NCBI GenBank assembly: GCA_951406725.2
Contig: OX597820.1
Span: 24,180,001-24,244,000, forward strand
Source of the DNA: Octopus vulgaris
Lineage: Eukaryota
Direction: 5' to 3'
Length of the DNA: 64,000 nt
The position numbers and the translations under genes were made by a program. Below are positions 1 through 14,637 of this stretch, in pieces (position 1 is the stretch's first letter; every line of letters begins with the position of its first letter). Below the pieces are notes generated by a model. The model was not told where the DNA came from. It saw only the letters and a program-made list of their open reading frames with translations, and searched no databases.

Positions 1-395
1 ACAATAAACGAAAGAAGTACAATAAAAGAAAGAAGAAGGGAAAAGAAGAAAGAAAAAAAAACTGAAACAGTAACAATCACGATAACTACATAAAGATAAG
101 CGAGCGGAAGTAACAAACACAAAAAGAGCAAGAACATCAACAGCAGCACACACAAAACAAACAAACACAAAAAAGCACAAGAGCAACGATGACGATAACA
201 CACCATAAAGAATGGAAGCAGCGAAGTAAAATAAAACGTAAATGAAAAAGAAAAAGACTGACACAATAGCAATTACGAAAACAATACGAAGATAACCGAG
301 CGGCAGTAACAAAAACAACAACAACAACAACGACGGCAACGACAACAACAACAATAGTTACAACAACGTTAATGATGATGACGATGACGACGAAA
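1..395. repeat. A-rich / (CAA)n / (GAC)n low-complexity tract
   Basis: Degenerate AAC/GAC/AAG repeats. Confidence 0.8.
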
Positions 396-591
396 TATTC
401 ATCAAAATTGAAAAGCCGGTTGACTTTGTTGAAATGTCCGTCAAATCATTCTGATGTCCTGATGCAGAAGTGTATATATGCGTATGTGTAGGGATTTGAA
501 TGTAAAATACCATATGAAGAGAGGTGGGGCTGTAATCTTGCGGAAACAAACACATGGTACAAATTCGTGGAAGTATATATATATATATATA

Positions 592-770
592 GTGACCGCG
601 TGTGTATTGTTGGCGATTTTCTTTCTCCGTCTTCCCTTCTTTGGACTTTTTCTATATTTCTGATGAAGAGCTCCGCTCGAAACGGGAAATCCTCTTTCTT
701 TTCTTTCCTTTCCTGAGCATCTAATAACACTGTACTTATTCAACGTCCTCACGTTGTTGTTTTTTCTTGC
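592..770 (+). mobile_element. Short non-coding repeat carrying a hammerhead motif (Penelope pLTR-like); homologous to 33020-33201 on the minus strand
   Basis: Starts GTGACCGCGTGTGTA..TTGGCGATTTT, matching the reverse complement of 33020-33201; lies between TA-rich tracts. Confidence 0.7.
656..690 (+). ncRNA. Minimal type-I hammerhead ribozyme motif, probably inactive
   Basis: ATTT-CTGATGA-A-GAGC-TCC-GCTC-GAAA-CG-GG-AAAT. Stems I and II and the core are intact, but the NUH site reads GGG (sister copy has GTT). Confidence 0.65.
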
Positions 771-829
771 TTGTTCATGTTTGGATTGACTATATATATA
801 TATACTATATATATATATATATATATATA

Positions 830-1166
830 TCTTCGGTCACGACACAGACCATGGGATTGCACCTAGAAAGTTACCTTCCCAGGCATAAGTCCGGGCAAGG
901 TTGTTTATGGAAGACCAGCAGTCGCCCATGCATACCGGCGTCCCCTCTTCACGCCACCAGTGTTAACCAAGAGAAAGGCAAAGGCCGATAAGACTTGGCA
1001 CCAGTGACGTTGCATCTCATTTCTACAGCTGAGTGAACTGGAGCAACGTGAAATAAGTGTCTTGCTCAAGACACTTTATTTTAACACGCAGCCTGGTCCG
1101 GGATTCGAGCTCACAACCTTACGATCGTAAGCTCGACGCTTTAACCACTGAGCCATGCGCCTTCAC
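830..1166 (-). mobile_element. tRNA(Arg)-like/CORE-type SINE (family C)
   Basis: Minus strand: GGCGCATGGCTCAGTGGTT (A box), GAGCTCGAATCCC (B box), then CTTGAGCAAGACACTT CORE-like segment. Confidence 0.8.
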
Positions 1167-1724
1167 ATACACATATCGTAGTCCCCAATCTTTGATACTA
1201 AATATTTTGATGAAAGGCTAAAGTCAGACAAGAATATGGAGGTAGGTCGGTCGATGGTCGGTCGTTGTGAGAGTAAACAATGAGAAAGTAGGACGTAAGC
1301 AAATCATATCGGAAATGAATAAGCAGCTAAGACATAAAATACTCTTGTGAATAAATGAAACTGACAGATAGGATGACGAATTAACTACACATAAGCGATG
1401 TTTCATAGCTTGATCGATTTATTTATAAAACATTAATGACTAGAATTTGATGGATCAAGCACATACTTATCATTTTCAATTTCTGTTCATTATTGAAGAA
1501 GAAAAAAATATTTGATTAAAAATTGGCAAATAGTTTTCTCTCCAATGTTATATTTGGAAAATAAGAAGACAAAGAAGCAGAGAAGGAAAAAAAAAGGACA
1601 AAAAGAAATGTTTTTTCATTGATGTAAAATTTATGGAATATATTAATGTGAATATTTAAACAGGCACAGATGTGGTTGCCTGGTCAAGAAGTTTACTTAG
1701 TAACCACATGGTTGTAGGTTCAAG

Positions 1725-2010
1725 ATGAGTCTTCGAAGACAGTTGCTCCCATAAATACCAAAATAAAATTTTGGATTTATGGAGGGTCAAAGTTGGGAAC
1801 AAAAACGAGGCAGTGAAGATATGCAACGAAACCGAACGAAAACAAACATAGAGGGTCGTTAGACAAGAACGAGGCTAAAATAGCGAATGCTAGAGAAATA
1901 TTTTCTTTGAAAAGAGAAAATACAGAAGAGAGAGATAGTAGACGTCCAATCCTGAAGGAAAAGAAAGATGATCATATGAGGAAAAGAAAGATAGACGATG
2001 GTCACGTGTG
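1725..2010. repeat. Unclassified interspersed repeat fragment
   Basis: Discrete purine-rich block abutting a truncated SINE head (1663-1722); no coding similarity recognised. Confidence 0.35.
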
Positions 2011-2163
2011 AACAACAAGAGAGAGAGAAAAAGAAAAAGTGGGAGAGAGAGAGAGAGAGTGAAACAGAGAGAAGGAGAGAGAGAGAGGGAGACAGAGAGA
2101 GAGAGAGACAGATAGATAGAAAACGGCGAAGGAGAGAAAAAGGGAATTAGAGAAAAGGATGTA

Positions 2164-2238
<75 letters not shown>

Positions 2239-2247
2239 TTTATATTA

Positions 2248-2294
<47 letters not shown>

Positions 2295-2699
2295 GTATGT
2301 ATGTATATATGTGTGTATGTTGTGCTTGTGTGTGTGTGTGTGTGTGTGTGTGTCTTTGTGTTTGTTCCTCCTCCATTGCATGAGAACCGGTGTTAGCAGT
2401 TTGGTCAGAGAAACCGATAGACTGAATACAAGATTAAAATGAATAGTAGTTGCGTACCCACCTTCTTTTAGATTAAGTAAATATAAACATATTAAACCGT
2501 ACTCTTCTACCCCGTAAATAGAGTGTGTAGGTGGTTGTTATTAATATTGTAGTTTCTTATCCCTTGGTTTATCCTAATTGAGATCATCTGTCATCAAAAG
2601 CATTGCATTTAAGTACATTTATATGGTTTCTAGGCAAAGTGTATCTAGAGTTACCTCATCTAATGTGTTTCTCCATTCCTGGCTAGATGGCAGAATATG

Positions 2700-2965
2700 A
2701 ATCGAAGGAAATTCCTCTGCTGTTTCTAGCCGATCGAGAAACCATATAAATACTTTTTCATTAGCTTGTTCTTAGTGGCTTAGCTTCAGGTCAGTTGTGA
2801 TAGAGCAGATTTATGATCAAAGGCATTTTAATCCTGATCATTCTCTCATCTGTCAGGAGCTGTTTTGACTAATATGTCTTTTTTAAAGACTGTAGGATAT
2901 CATATGTAAGAGATTTGGTTGCAGTTTCTTGTTGGTCGATTGACTACACAGAGATTTCCTCAGTG
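2700..2965 (-). repeat. Old interspersed repeat (family E); related copies near 5870-6210, 9030-9470, 9505-9560, 19865-20040, 24300-24420, 62860-63110
   Basis: Degenerate shared motif ATGGTCAC-GCTGGA...TTTGATCATAGGTCTG..GATCAGGGCTGA..GGGCTAAAC with a (AAC)n-like end. Confidence 0.55.
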
Positions 2966-3671
2966 GATTGTGCGGAGAAGAAGCAGTGGTGTGTGAAAAG
3001 TAACATTTCATACAGCCTAGTAATCATCTTTTCAGGCATCAGTGAATACAAACCGACAGTGAAACAGCCACAATGACACAGATAATCTAGTGGTAAATGA
3101 AATGAAAGACAACACCAATAGCAAGTTGAATATTACATTGAGGCAATAAAATATCCGTAACATATATACAATTTAAAAGAAAACTGTAACAAAAGAGTTT
3201 TAAAAGACTGCGGAGAATACCAATGAAGCTCTCTACAAGAGCATAAAATAATTGTTCCAGATTTAAACCACCAGTTGATCTCTGCTATAATTAGATTAGC
3301 TGTGACAATGAAGAGCTGTATACAAAAGAAACAACAATAAAAGAAAACAGGCCCATCACAAGTGACAAACACTCAACAGGCAAATAGAGAATTGCATTGA
3401 AAATCAGTAAATTGAGCGATGCTTTTGAAATCATTCAGAGAGTTGAAAGAGAGAAGGCAAGCTTGTGCGTAAGATGAAAGGAAAGGAGAATCAGACAACA
3501 TCCCAATGTGAATGAGAAGCGATGACACAAGGCGAACTGGCGGAACTATTACAACAAAAGAGTCGAGCAAAGGGTCAAAGGATATGAAGATATGACAAAC
3601 GGCTTAAAATCTATAACGTCAAGACAATTACAAGACCATGGGAAGATATTCTTGAGAGGGAGAGAGAAGAG

Positions 3672-3702
<31 letters not shown>

Positions 3703-4152
3703 TGAGAGACGAGAGAGAAGAGAGAGAGAGAGTGAGAGAGAGAGAAGAGAAAGAGAAAGAGTGAATAAATAAATTAACGTTGCAAAATAAACAAAACATA
3801 AAATATAGAAATATTTTGAAAGTATAAATTAAAGGGAAATGAAAAGCGACATAACAAATGAGAGAAATATTGTGTTAGAGAGAGAGAGAGACGAGAGAGA
3901 GCGAGAGAGAGAGAGAGAGGGGGGGCCCGAAGAATGAGAAGTAGGGAAACAGACGGAAAACAGAATTAAGAATATAAAGAAACAAAGGAAGCAGTACACG
4001 AGGAATGATAAATCCCCAGACATTGGCACTGACTAATGCATTACGAGAAGACCAATATGGCATTTCTTCTGCTTTAAACACATAACATCTCTCCGTCTTG
4101 ACATAGCAATGTTATTTGCAGCACTATTCAATTAGATAATTATAAATTAGAT

Positions 4153-4313
4153 AGTAAGGAGTGGCTGTGTGGTAAGTAGCTTGCTTACCAACCACATGGT
4201 TCCGGGTTCAGTCCCACTGCGTGGGACCTTGCGCAAATGTCTTCTGCTATAGCCTCGGGCCGACCAAAGTCTTGTGAGTGGATTTGGTAGACGGAAACTG
4301 AAAGAAGCCCATC

Positions 4314-4314
<1 letters not shown>
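4153..4314 (+). mobile_element. tRNA-derived CORE-type SINE family A, 5' half
   Basis: GGAGTGGCTGTGTGGTAAG (A box), GGGTTCAGTCCC (B box), ACCTTGCGCAAATGTCTT CORE-like segment. Confidence 0.9.
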
Positions 4315-4357
<43 letters not shown>

Positions 4358-5729
4358 GATGGGCTTCTTTCAGATATAATAATAGTGAATTGGGTATTAG
4401 AACTCAACCTAATCATTTCCGTTCATAGCAAATCAGAACTGGTTTATTCCAATGAAATTTGATATTCTCTTTGCCTTGAAACAAAAGAAATTTTCGAAAT
4501 CAAGCATCGCATTTTAAACATGTTTATATGGGTGGCTTAAAATTGTACGCCGAAGTGAAAGAAATTAAAAATAACAGTCACGCTATTCACTAAAGACGTT
4601 AGCATAAAATTGATAAATGTTCCAAGACAAGAATAATAAATGGAAAAGAAGACTGAAGAGATCGGATTGAATTTATGAGAATAAATGTGAAATCAAAGAG
4701 TTTACGCTACAGCAAAAATGAAAAAAAATTAAAAAAATGAAAACTGACTCATGTAAGAACCTCGGTTTCAAGGATAACGCGAAAACATCGTGATAACAAA
4801 AAAAAAAAAAAACAGTAAGAAAATAATATTCTCACCGTATTAGTCTAGTGTTAGACATACAAGCAATGCACTTTTAACTATTTCTCTGTAGATTGCAAAA
4901 AAAAAAAAAAATGATGGACTTAATTGGTTTTCGAACCTTATTAGATTCTCATCAGATGTGTCAACATCATTTGAGTAATCTCAAAGAAACAAGCAGCCGA
5001 TCTGTTTTATATACACAACGAATCCAGTAGCTTCAGAGAATTGGAGCTTCTAATTTGTGTATTTACCACTTAATTTAATATCAGAGACCAGTCACCGAGT
5101 ATCTTAGTCCACACAGTATCGGGGTATGATATAATACATATAATCATTGCTGCATATATTTATTTATATAAGTCAAATTTAAGGCTTAAAAATTAAGGTT
5201 AAGGAAATATGTGTTAAACACAGTATCCAAACCTTGTTTCAGGGTAAGTGCCAGGTCGTGTGTCCGCGGAGCACGTACGCCACCTAAGACTAACAGGCAT
5301 CATCAAGACAAGCACTATACAACCCCCGGTCACTAACAACGGCCACAAATAATAGGTGCTAATTGCTCATTGGATAAAGCTAATTGCCCATTGGATAACC
5401 TCTGCAAGACTCGTAACATCTTATAAAAATGCACTGTGCACACAAGGGGAGGCCCTCATGTGTACGTTGATGCCACGGCTGATTCTTCCAAGAATCGATG
5501 CCGAAATCATGTATCTGGCTTTAAAAAAGTAAACGAGAGACACGTGACATCACTGGCGGATTTTGATGATGAGTGCCCTTCTTTCATTGCATCATCAAAG
5601 CAATTTGATTCAAATTTCCTGGTACTTTAGGTTTCCAATCTTCAGCCATTAGAAATTTTCAATGGCTGAGGATTAGAATCACACTTTGAAACTTAAAGTA
5701 CCAAGGAACTTAAATCAAACTGTTTTGAT

Positions 5730-5806
<77 letters not shown>

Positions 5807-7484
5807 TATGATTATTTGTCAGCTTGATCAGACTATCCAGGGATTAAAAAATAGCAACGCTGATCCAGCAAGGGCCGTATGCAGCAGCCTCTCTTGTTAG
5901 ACACAACAACCAAAACGTCTTCATATAGCAAACAATTTAAAGTACATATTCTCTAATGAAGTCATGAAATCTCTAATATATATTTAAAAAATGCTATAAT
6001 AGTCACGGCCGGAACGTTTTTGATCATTGATTTGCTCGATCAGACCTAAGCAAACCTGATAGAAATAGCAACTACATCTTCCTCAAGACACACATTCCAA
6101 TTACTTAAACTAAAGTTGTCTCTAGTGTAAACGACATAGAAGATGGTCACAGCTGGAAGATTTTGTAATCATAAGGTCTGTTTGATCAGGGCTGATCTTA
6201 GTTGCGGAAGAGAAATAAAAATAAACCCATTACCTTGACAAACACAACGATAGAAAATAATTCAATAAACAAGGAAAACTCAATGAAATAGAATAGAAAT
6301 AAAAGCGAAAAAGCCGAGTAAACTCAGAAAATAGACGAAAAACCTCGAGTGTAGATTGACAGCTCCCAAAGTCAATGAGTGTCGTCTGCGTTTGTTGAAT
6401 AAACAAAAGTGACGAACGGTTGGTTGAAATAAACACACATACGCACAAACATACAAAAATCATGCACATATATACGTACACGGACTCACTCACTCGTACA
6501 AACCATAGCTACACACACTCATACATACATACACATATACATATACTCACTCACACATACATAACAGAAATACACAGATTCACATAGACAGACACACATA
6601 AATACATAGACATAGTTGCACATACTCGTAACTCATACGCATATACACATACTCACACAATCATTCATGCATATACACAAATACACACATTGATACAGAT
6701 ACAGGCACACACACACACACACACAAACAAAAGCCATACACATTCAGATATACGTCCGTTGTATGTCAATGGTGGCGACACACATATACTCATGCACGCA
6801 TGCACACATATACACATACACTGACATAGCTACAAACACTCATATACACATACTCACACACACGTACACACAAAATTCATATACACACTTATGTTCAATG
6901 TGTTTCAATGGCGACGTATTTTATGGCGATTATTTTGTTTTATGACATTGACAAACGAAATTTAAAGGGTCAACCTTAAATGTAGACACCATTTTCAAAT
7001 AAAATTCTTTGTCCAATGGAATCCGGTAACTATTATTATTTCTTCTTATTATTGATGTTTTCTTTCAGAAAGAGAATTCTGTCTCCCCAACCCTCTTAGT
7101 CGCTCACACACATAAAAATGAGTTATATAAAGAGAAAACCTAATATATATATATATATATATATATGTTCTCTACATTATTGTTTTTAACATTTATTGTA
7201 TATTAATGTGAACAGCGACGCCTACATATACACACGCACACTCGAAAACACGCTCTCATATTGTGGGACAAACATCGCACAACGCAGCAGATTTTATAGG
7301 AAAACATATTTAAACATGACAGGAAATAGATATTATTCATAATTTCTTTTTTCCCTTTCTTACTTTTCCCTCTCCGCATTTTATTTTCTATCTTCAATTC
7401 GATATTTCCCTTAATTATATCTCGCTCATCTTCCTCTCTTCCCTTTTCTAAATCTGACACAGATTTCTTCACTGTTGCTATTTG

Positions 7485-7862
7485 ATAATCCTTTCTAACT
7501 TCGGCACGAAGACCACTAACATTAAGATAGGTGGGTGTATTTGAACACATCGACCCCAGTTTTCAACTGGTACTTATTATAGCGATCCCGAAACAGTCCA
7601 GCGCGGTAACATCTCTGCTGCCAACTCCACGCCTTGCTGCTCTTTAGTAATCCTTTCTACATAGGCACAAGGCCTGAAACTTTGGCTGACGGAGTTAGCC
7701 GATTATATCGACCCTCGAATTCGGCTGGTACTTATTTTATCGACCGCAAAAGGATGAAAGGCAAAGTCGACTTCGGCGGAATTTGAAGTCAGAACGAAAA
7801 GCCAGAAGAAATGCTATTAAAAATTTTGTCCAGTGCGGTAATGACTCTACCAACTGACCGCT
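7485..7862 (-). mobile_element. Two adjacent SINE family D copies
   Basis: Minus strand contains TTCAAATTCCGCCGAAGTCGACTTTGCCTTTCATCCTTTTGCGGTCGATAAAATAAGTACCAG, also found at 40700-43490. Confidence 0.75.
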
Positions 7863-7997
7863 TTGTTGCCATTTAGTTAATAAATATGTGTACATCGCCA
7901 ACGATGTAGGCTTCCAACGATGAAGGCTTCCAACGAGGGAAGCCTTTATATAGTTACTCGACCTACTAGAAATAACGGTCATTATAGTGTTTTAAGT

Positions 7998-8314
7998 GGA
8001 GGCGCAATGGCCCAGCGGTTAGGGCAGCGGACTCACGGTCGGAGGATGGCGGTTTCGATTCCCAGACCGGGCGTTGTGTGTGTTTATGGAGAGAAAATAC
8101 CTAAAAGCTCCACGAGGCTCTGGCAGAGGGTGGTAGCGACCCCTGTTGTACTCTTTCTCCACAATTTTCTCTCACTCTTTCTTCTTGTTTCTTGAGTAAC
8201 GCTGCGATGGACTGGCGTTCCGTCCAGCTGGGGGGGGAACGCATACGCCACAGAAACCGGGAAACCGGGCCCATGAGCCTGGGTAGGCTTGAAAAGGGCG
8301 CATAAATAAATAAA
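7998..8314 (+). mobile_element. tRNA-derived SINE family B, full length
   Basis: GGCGCAATGGCCCAGCGGTT / GTTTCGATTCCC pol III boxes; GCGATGGACTGGCGTTCCGTCCAG body; (TAAA)n tail; highly similar to 43896-44214. Confidence 0.9.
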
Positions 8315-9740
8315 AATAGTGTTTTAAACAACACACCGGAGAAAGTGATCCTCTATACGTACAGGTGTTACAGAAGTTTAGAAAAAAAAACAACAAAAAC
8401 AAAAACCCGAACAAACAGGCAAACCTTTCGCAAAACAAAGCACAACCAATGAATTGTTTCGTATCCAGTCTTGGTTACATCAGAGTATAATATAAGCACA
8501 ATAGGGTTGGCCCACCAGCGGAGAGCCTGCGACTTTGCAAAGGACTGAAAGACATACAGCATTAATGAAAAAATCATTATGTTGGAATATATTTCTGTTA
8601 CTTTTAATTAAAACCTATATTTTCATGTAAATTTGCATTTTAGAATTTATGCAAATAATTATAATTATGTTTAAAACAGAAATTTGGAAAAAAAAATCAC
8701 CCAAAAAAAACGATATAAAATGTTACAGTGGGTGTGCTTATTCCAAAACTTTAGTGATTTTTTTTTTTACAGTTATAAACATAATTATTTTATGAATAAT
8801 TATATTTTATGAAATATTAGGTTTAGGAGTATAATTTTCTTGTTTGATAGATGGTTGTCAGCTTTAATGCGGTCTTATAACGTAAAAACATTCCCTGACT
8901 CTTGATTGGCTAATATGTCTACCGCAAAATCTACCTAATTTTAGGGGTGCATCGCACATGTACAAACACAAACTGGGTTGATAGGCTTTCTAGAAAGAGT
9001 ATCCAACCATCCGCAAATTACTCTTTACAGTGAAGCCAAGAATGACACATTGCACAGTGTAGCGACTGATAAGCATAATTTTGGAATAGTCATGGTTGGA
9101 GCACCTTTGGTCATAGATCTGCTCACTCAGGGCTGATCAGGTACAAAAACAAAAACTATATATAAAAACGGGTATGACCGTCATCCAGATTCTGTCAGTG
9201 AAAACAGATCAATATTCTTTCCAGAACATACTGACGGGATGTGGTAAACAAGCTAAAGTGATATAGTTGTAAAAACAAGACAATATTAATATGGCCACCA
9301 CGTCGGACAACTCTCAGTCAGTTCAAGGCAAACTGTTTTTATTATTATTAAGAATGACACATTTGATAATATAGTCCTTGATATACTATATCTTAAAAAC
9401 TGAAGGAATGGTCACGGCTGGTGCGCTTTTGATCATGCCTTTCCTCGGGTTATACAGCAACAACAACACCAATGTCACTGTAAACTAATTTTACATTTGT
9501 CCCAACTGTTGTTGCGTTTGTTTAGTCCCAGGTCAATTTCGATCAAGTCGACCTATGTTTGCAGACAATCTAGGCAAGGCCACCTCTACTTCATACAAAT
9601 TGTACTGTTTATCTCAGGGCACACCATCCAATATATCTATTCTGATATTTTTAAAGACGTTAGAGTGTGTACGTATGTATGAATGCATGTATATATGTAT
9701 GTATACATGCACACACATACACACACATCTATCTGCCTAT

Positions 9741-10137
9741 CTGTGTGGTAAGTAGCTTGCTTACCAACTACTTGGTTCAGTCCCACTGCGTTGCACCTTG
9801 GGCAGGTATCTTCTACTATAGCCTCAGGCCGATCAAAGCGTTGTGAGTGGATTTGGTAGATGGGAACTGAAAGAAGCCCGTCGTATATATGTATATATGT
9901 ATATGTATATGTATATATATGTGTGTGTGTGTGTTTGTGTGTCTGTGTTTGTCCCACCCCCAACATCGCTTGACAACCGAGGCTGGTGTGTTTATGTCCC
10001 CGTAACTTAGCGGTTCGGCAAAAGTGACCGATAGAATAACTACTAGGCTTACAAAGAATAAGTCCTGGGGTTGAGTAGCTCGACTACAGGCGGTGCTTCA
10101 GCATGGCCGCAGTTAAATGACTGAAACAAGTAAAGAG
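9741..10137 (+). mobile_element. SINE family A, near full length, with internal microsatellite
   Basis: Head, internal (TA)/(TG) tract, and 3' half ending CAGCATGGCCGCAGTTAAATGACTGAAAC. Confidence 0.9.
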
Positions 10138-10210
10138 TATGTATATATATATACACAAATATATATATATTATATTATATTATATTATATTATATTATAT
10201 TATATTATAT

Positions 10211-10299
<89 letters not shown>

Positions 10300-10692
10300 A
10301 TGTATATATATGCATGCATAATTTTTATTCAGAATTTTATCAAATATTTATTGGTCACTAATCCGAATTACAAACAAACACGACAACGCGAAACTAAGCG
10401 CTAATATCTGTTAAGATGCAGCTTTGAATAAGTAGCTAACTATATTGATCACTATTTCGTTTAATAATATTTAATAGCATGTAATCATCTTCTACCATTT
10501 TAGCGTGCATACACACGCGCACACACATGCATACCAACACGCACACACACACAGAGGCATACATACATACAAGCGAAAATCAGAGTAGTAAGAGACTGAC
10601 TCAACCAAAACGAAATATTGTTAATCTCTATTATGGTATCGAGTACTCTTTTTTTGCCGATAGTCAATACAAAATGGATATATTCTTTGATT

Positions 10693-11074
10693 CTTTTATT
10701 TGCTTCAGTTATTTGACTGCAGCCATGCTGGAGTACCGCCTTTAGTCGAACAAATCGACCCCCACGACTTATTCTTTATAAGCCTAGTACTTATTCTATA
10801 GGTCGTCTTTGCCGAACCGCTTAGATACAGGGACGTAAACACATCAACATCGGTTGTCGAGCGATGTTGGGGGGGGGGGGCATACACACACATATACACA
10901 TACACATACATACGACGGGCTTCTTTCAGTTTCCGTCTATCAATTCCACTGACAGAGCTTTGGTCGGTCAGAGGCTATAGTAGAAGACAGTTGTCTAAAG
11001 AATCAGACAGTGGGACTGAACCCGGAGCTATGTGGTTGGTGAGCAAGCTACTTACCACTCAGCCACTCCTACGG

Positions 11075-11075
<1 letters not shown>
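10693..11075 (-). mobile_element. SINE family A, full length
   Basis: Reverse complement of the family A consensus seen elsewhere in the window. Confidence 0.9.
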
Positions 11076-11140
<65 letters not shown>

Positions 11141-11241
11141 TATATATATATACATATATATATATGTATATATATATATACATATAAATATATGCATATA
11201 TATATGACATATATACATATCATATCTAAATATATACACAG

Positions 11242-11290
<49 letters not shown>

Positions 11291-11362
11291 GTATATACAT
11301 ACGTACACACACACGCGCACACACACGCACACGCGCACACACACGCACACACACGCACACAT

Positions 11363-11571
11363 ATAGTGACTGTGTGGTAAAGAGCTTGTTTCCCAGCCAT
11401 ATGGTTCTGAGTTCAGTCCCACTGCGTGAACCTTGGACAAGTGTCTTCTACTATGGTCTCGGGTCGACCAAAACCTTGTGAGCGGATTTCGTAGACGGAA
11501 ACTGAAAGAATCGCGCCATATATATGTATATACATATGTATTTATGTTGTGTGTGTGTCTTTGTGCGTCTG

Positions 11572-11572
<1 letters not shown>
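11363..11572 (+). mobile_element. SINE family A, 5' half
   Basis: A/B boxes plus CCTTGGACAAGTGTCTT. Confidence 0.85.
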
Positions 11573-11616
<44 letters not shown>

Positions 11617-12789
11617 AACGCACACACAATAAATATACAATAAATTATTGAATCCATATTGCTGCATAGAGACACGGGAAGAAGTACTCAATTCCAAGTG
11701 TAGATTAATATAGCAATGAATACAAGCTGGAACTTCAGAAATATGACTTCGGTTCACCAGATAGCAGTGATTTCACAAAGAACACAAAATTTGGCTTCCT
11801 TTGACAACTCACACAATATGTAGTAAATACGTAATTTCATTGTTTGTTGGAAATTGATAGAGTTAGTATTGGTAAAAAGGGTTATATATAGAGACTGAAA
11901 TATATAGGATGGAAATAAAGTGAAAAGAGAGCAAAGGAAAAGAAAAGAATCGAGGAAAGCGGGCAAGAAAGAAAGAAAGGAGTGAGAAAAAGTGGAGAAT
12001 GGTAGGAAGGAGGCGAACACGAGTGGTAGCGATCGAAGAACAAAGAGAAGACAATAATTTAAGAAAACTGAAAATTATAAATAGCTATTGATTTTAAAAC
12101 AAACGTTTTATCATTGATGTACTTGATTGAAAGACGAAGCAAGTGCAGGCTGGGTGTAAAAGAAAAGTCTAAGGAGAAATATCCTATTGTGTAATATGTT
12201 TTATTGAACATTACTTATGTTGTGGTTTGTTTACAAAATAGTGGACAATAAAGAGAGAATAGGTTAGGAAATGTGGAGGTGAGGAAGAAATAGGTTACAA
12301 CTACAGGACAAGTATGTAAAGCATTAAATGTGAGCGTGTAAACTAATTATGAAAGTTATGAAAGTTCTGGAAGTTATAAAAATAAATTGCATATGATAAT
12401 TGCAATGTGGAACAGGGAATAAGTGCATTGTATTTTTGTTATAATAAATTCAATAAAACTATGCTACAAAATGAAATGCGTCGAAATATTTCAACAAAGT
12501 AGTGCCTGCATATCTTGCTGGAATTCTGAAAGCGTGTGTGTGTTCGTTATACCATAATTTAAACGGGTTAGCCTTAAACCGATTAATAATAATTGCTATG
12601 TTACAGAATGTGACATGGATGGAATACATTTAAAGCTTGCCGTGCATTTATTCTTTAAAGGCACGAGTCAATGCTTATACAACTGTACAATTATATGGTA
12701 TTATGAAAAGCAGAAAAACAGAAGGAAATACAGATGACAGCTTCAGAAAAGTTACCAGTAATACAATTGCTGACATTAATATTGTGATT

Positions 12790-13000
12790 CCTTAAATCCT
12801 TAAAAATGTTTTAGACCGAAGGCCGCGGCCATGCTGGGGCACCACCGCTGATTGTTGAAAATTCTATGGTATTTTTTATGATTGTGGAAACTTTGTCGCA
12901 ATATAAATATTTATCTAAACTTTATAAAAAGGTCTACATCATAATATATTTTCTGTGTTTTTTCTCCAGAAGACATCATTAACAGGACCCTGTGAAATCC
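12790..13000 (-). mobile_element. Decayed 3' end of a CR1-type LINE (or a related SINE tail)
   Basis: Minus strand ends GGTGGTGCCCCAGCATGGCCGCGGCCTTCGGTCTAAAAC; an upstream frameshifted DVDLF-IKLDKYL resembles DVAVFKSKLDIFL of the 60 kb LINE. Confidence 0.5.
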
Positions 13001-13619
13001 CACGTTTTATAAATGTTATTTTTATTCTGAAAAGCCAAAGCTGATCAAACGCTATTTCAAAGAGTTAAATATTTCGATCATGCCTTCAATTTCATACAGC
13101 TGTTAACTTTGTTGAAACTACTGCAGCATTCAAACTTCTTTCATTATGTTCAAGATATCAGTAATGTCTCAGATTTCCTTTTATAGCAAAGCTTGTCACA
13201 AGGAGAGCACTTAAATACGTAGCAAGAAGCAAGAAATATATTAACACTTTTCCTGTTCTATGTACTATGTGATCCACAGGGCATATTTTCCTGGCATCTT
13301 TGCGTCATATGTAATCCAGATTCACAAATGTTTCCACCCCGGAGTCAATTGGGCCTTATGAAAGGAAGCCTTTATATTACTCAGAATGTATGACAAAAGG
13401 GCTGCCTAAAAGTATGAAAACTAGCATAGATATTTAAAACTAGCTTCTGAAAATATTCGGTCTGGCAAAAGCACGGAGTCTGTCTTAAAAATACTTTATT
13501 ATAATAATCTAAATATTAAAAATAGCTGTATTATTGACGAAGGTAATTTTTTTGGGAATAAATCTTTCAAGATGGTGTAATATATTATGGTATTTTAAAA
13601 GCATATATAAATATAATAA

Positions 13620-13719
<100 letters not shown>

Positions 13720-13953
13720 AACGTGTGTGTATGTGTGTGTGTAAATATACATATATATATATATATATATAGAACAAAGAGAGGACACCTTTGTCTTCTC
13801 CGGTGTCATCTCTTTGTTCTTATTGCCATTCTATATTCATTTAACTTCTTGTCCTGAAACATACGTATATTGAGTCCTACACCAGGTTATTAATCCCGCT
13901 ATGCCTTAGCAAACTATTAAAATAATATATACACACACATATAGACGTATGTA

Positions 13954-14130
13954 TTGGGTCGTTCCATAAATAATGCGTTTTTTTTTTTCAATTGCATGAT
14001 CTGAGAATCGGAGAACGGGATAAACTATATGTATCACCTTGTTATAAAAGCAGGCAGTAATTTTACCGTGTGCTTATTCTTAGTGTAAGTTCGGAAAAGT
14101 GCGATTCAATTTTGATAGATATTTTTTCAA
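13954..14130 (+). mobile_element. Mariner-like left-end fragment
   Basis: TA followed by TTGGGTCGTTCCATAAATAATGCG, similar to the TIR at 35614; truncated by a SINE A fragment (14131-14217, minus). Confidence 0.5.
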
Positions 14131-14263
14131 AGCTGTGAAAAGTGCCACGCAGTGGGATTGAATCCGGAACCATGTGGTTGGTAAGCAAGCTACTTATCAC
14201 ACAGCCACTCCTGCGCCTATATATATATATATATATATATATATAACATATAACATATATATA

Positions 14264-14328
<65 letters not shown>

Positions 14329-14576
14329 TTGCAAGACACCTGATGTGAAATAGTGTGTTGCAACAGATATTGGTATATTTGTGAATGGTCATAAAATAAG
14401 AATAAGAAGAATGCTGAAGCGAAGAACAAGTATACCCAACTTGTGGTATGACCACCTCCAAATATGACCACCTCCAAATATCAGAATATATATATAGTAA
14501 ATAGGGTAATAAAATAAATTATTATTACCAGAATTTATTTTATTACACTGGTAATAATAATTTATTTTATTACCCT

Positions 14577-14637
<61 letters not shown>

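Noticed and set aside
2970-3600. Possible ancient LINE relic
   Set aside because: Manual translation gave no convincing motif.
5225-5515. Two hammerhead-like strings (about 5225-5310 minus; 5467-5513 plus)
   Set aside because: Cores are degenerate and stem I does not pair; possibly decayed relatives but not supportable.
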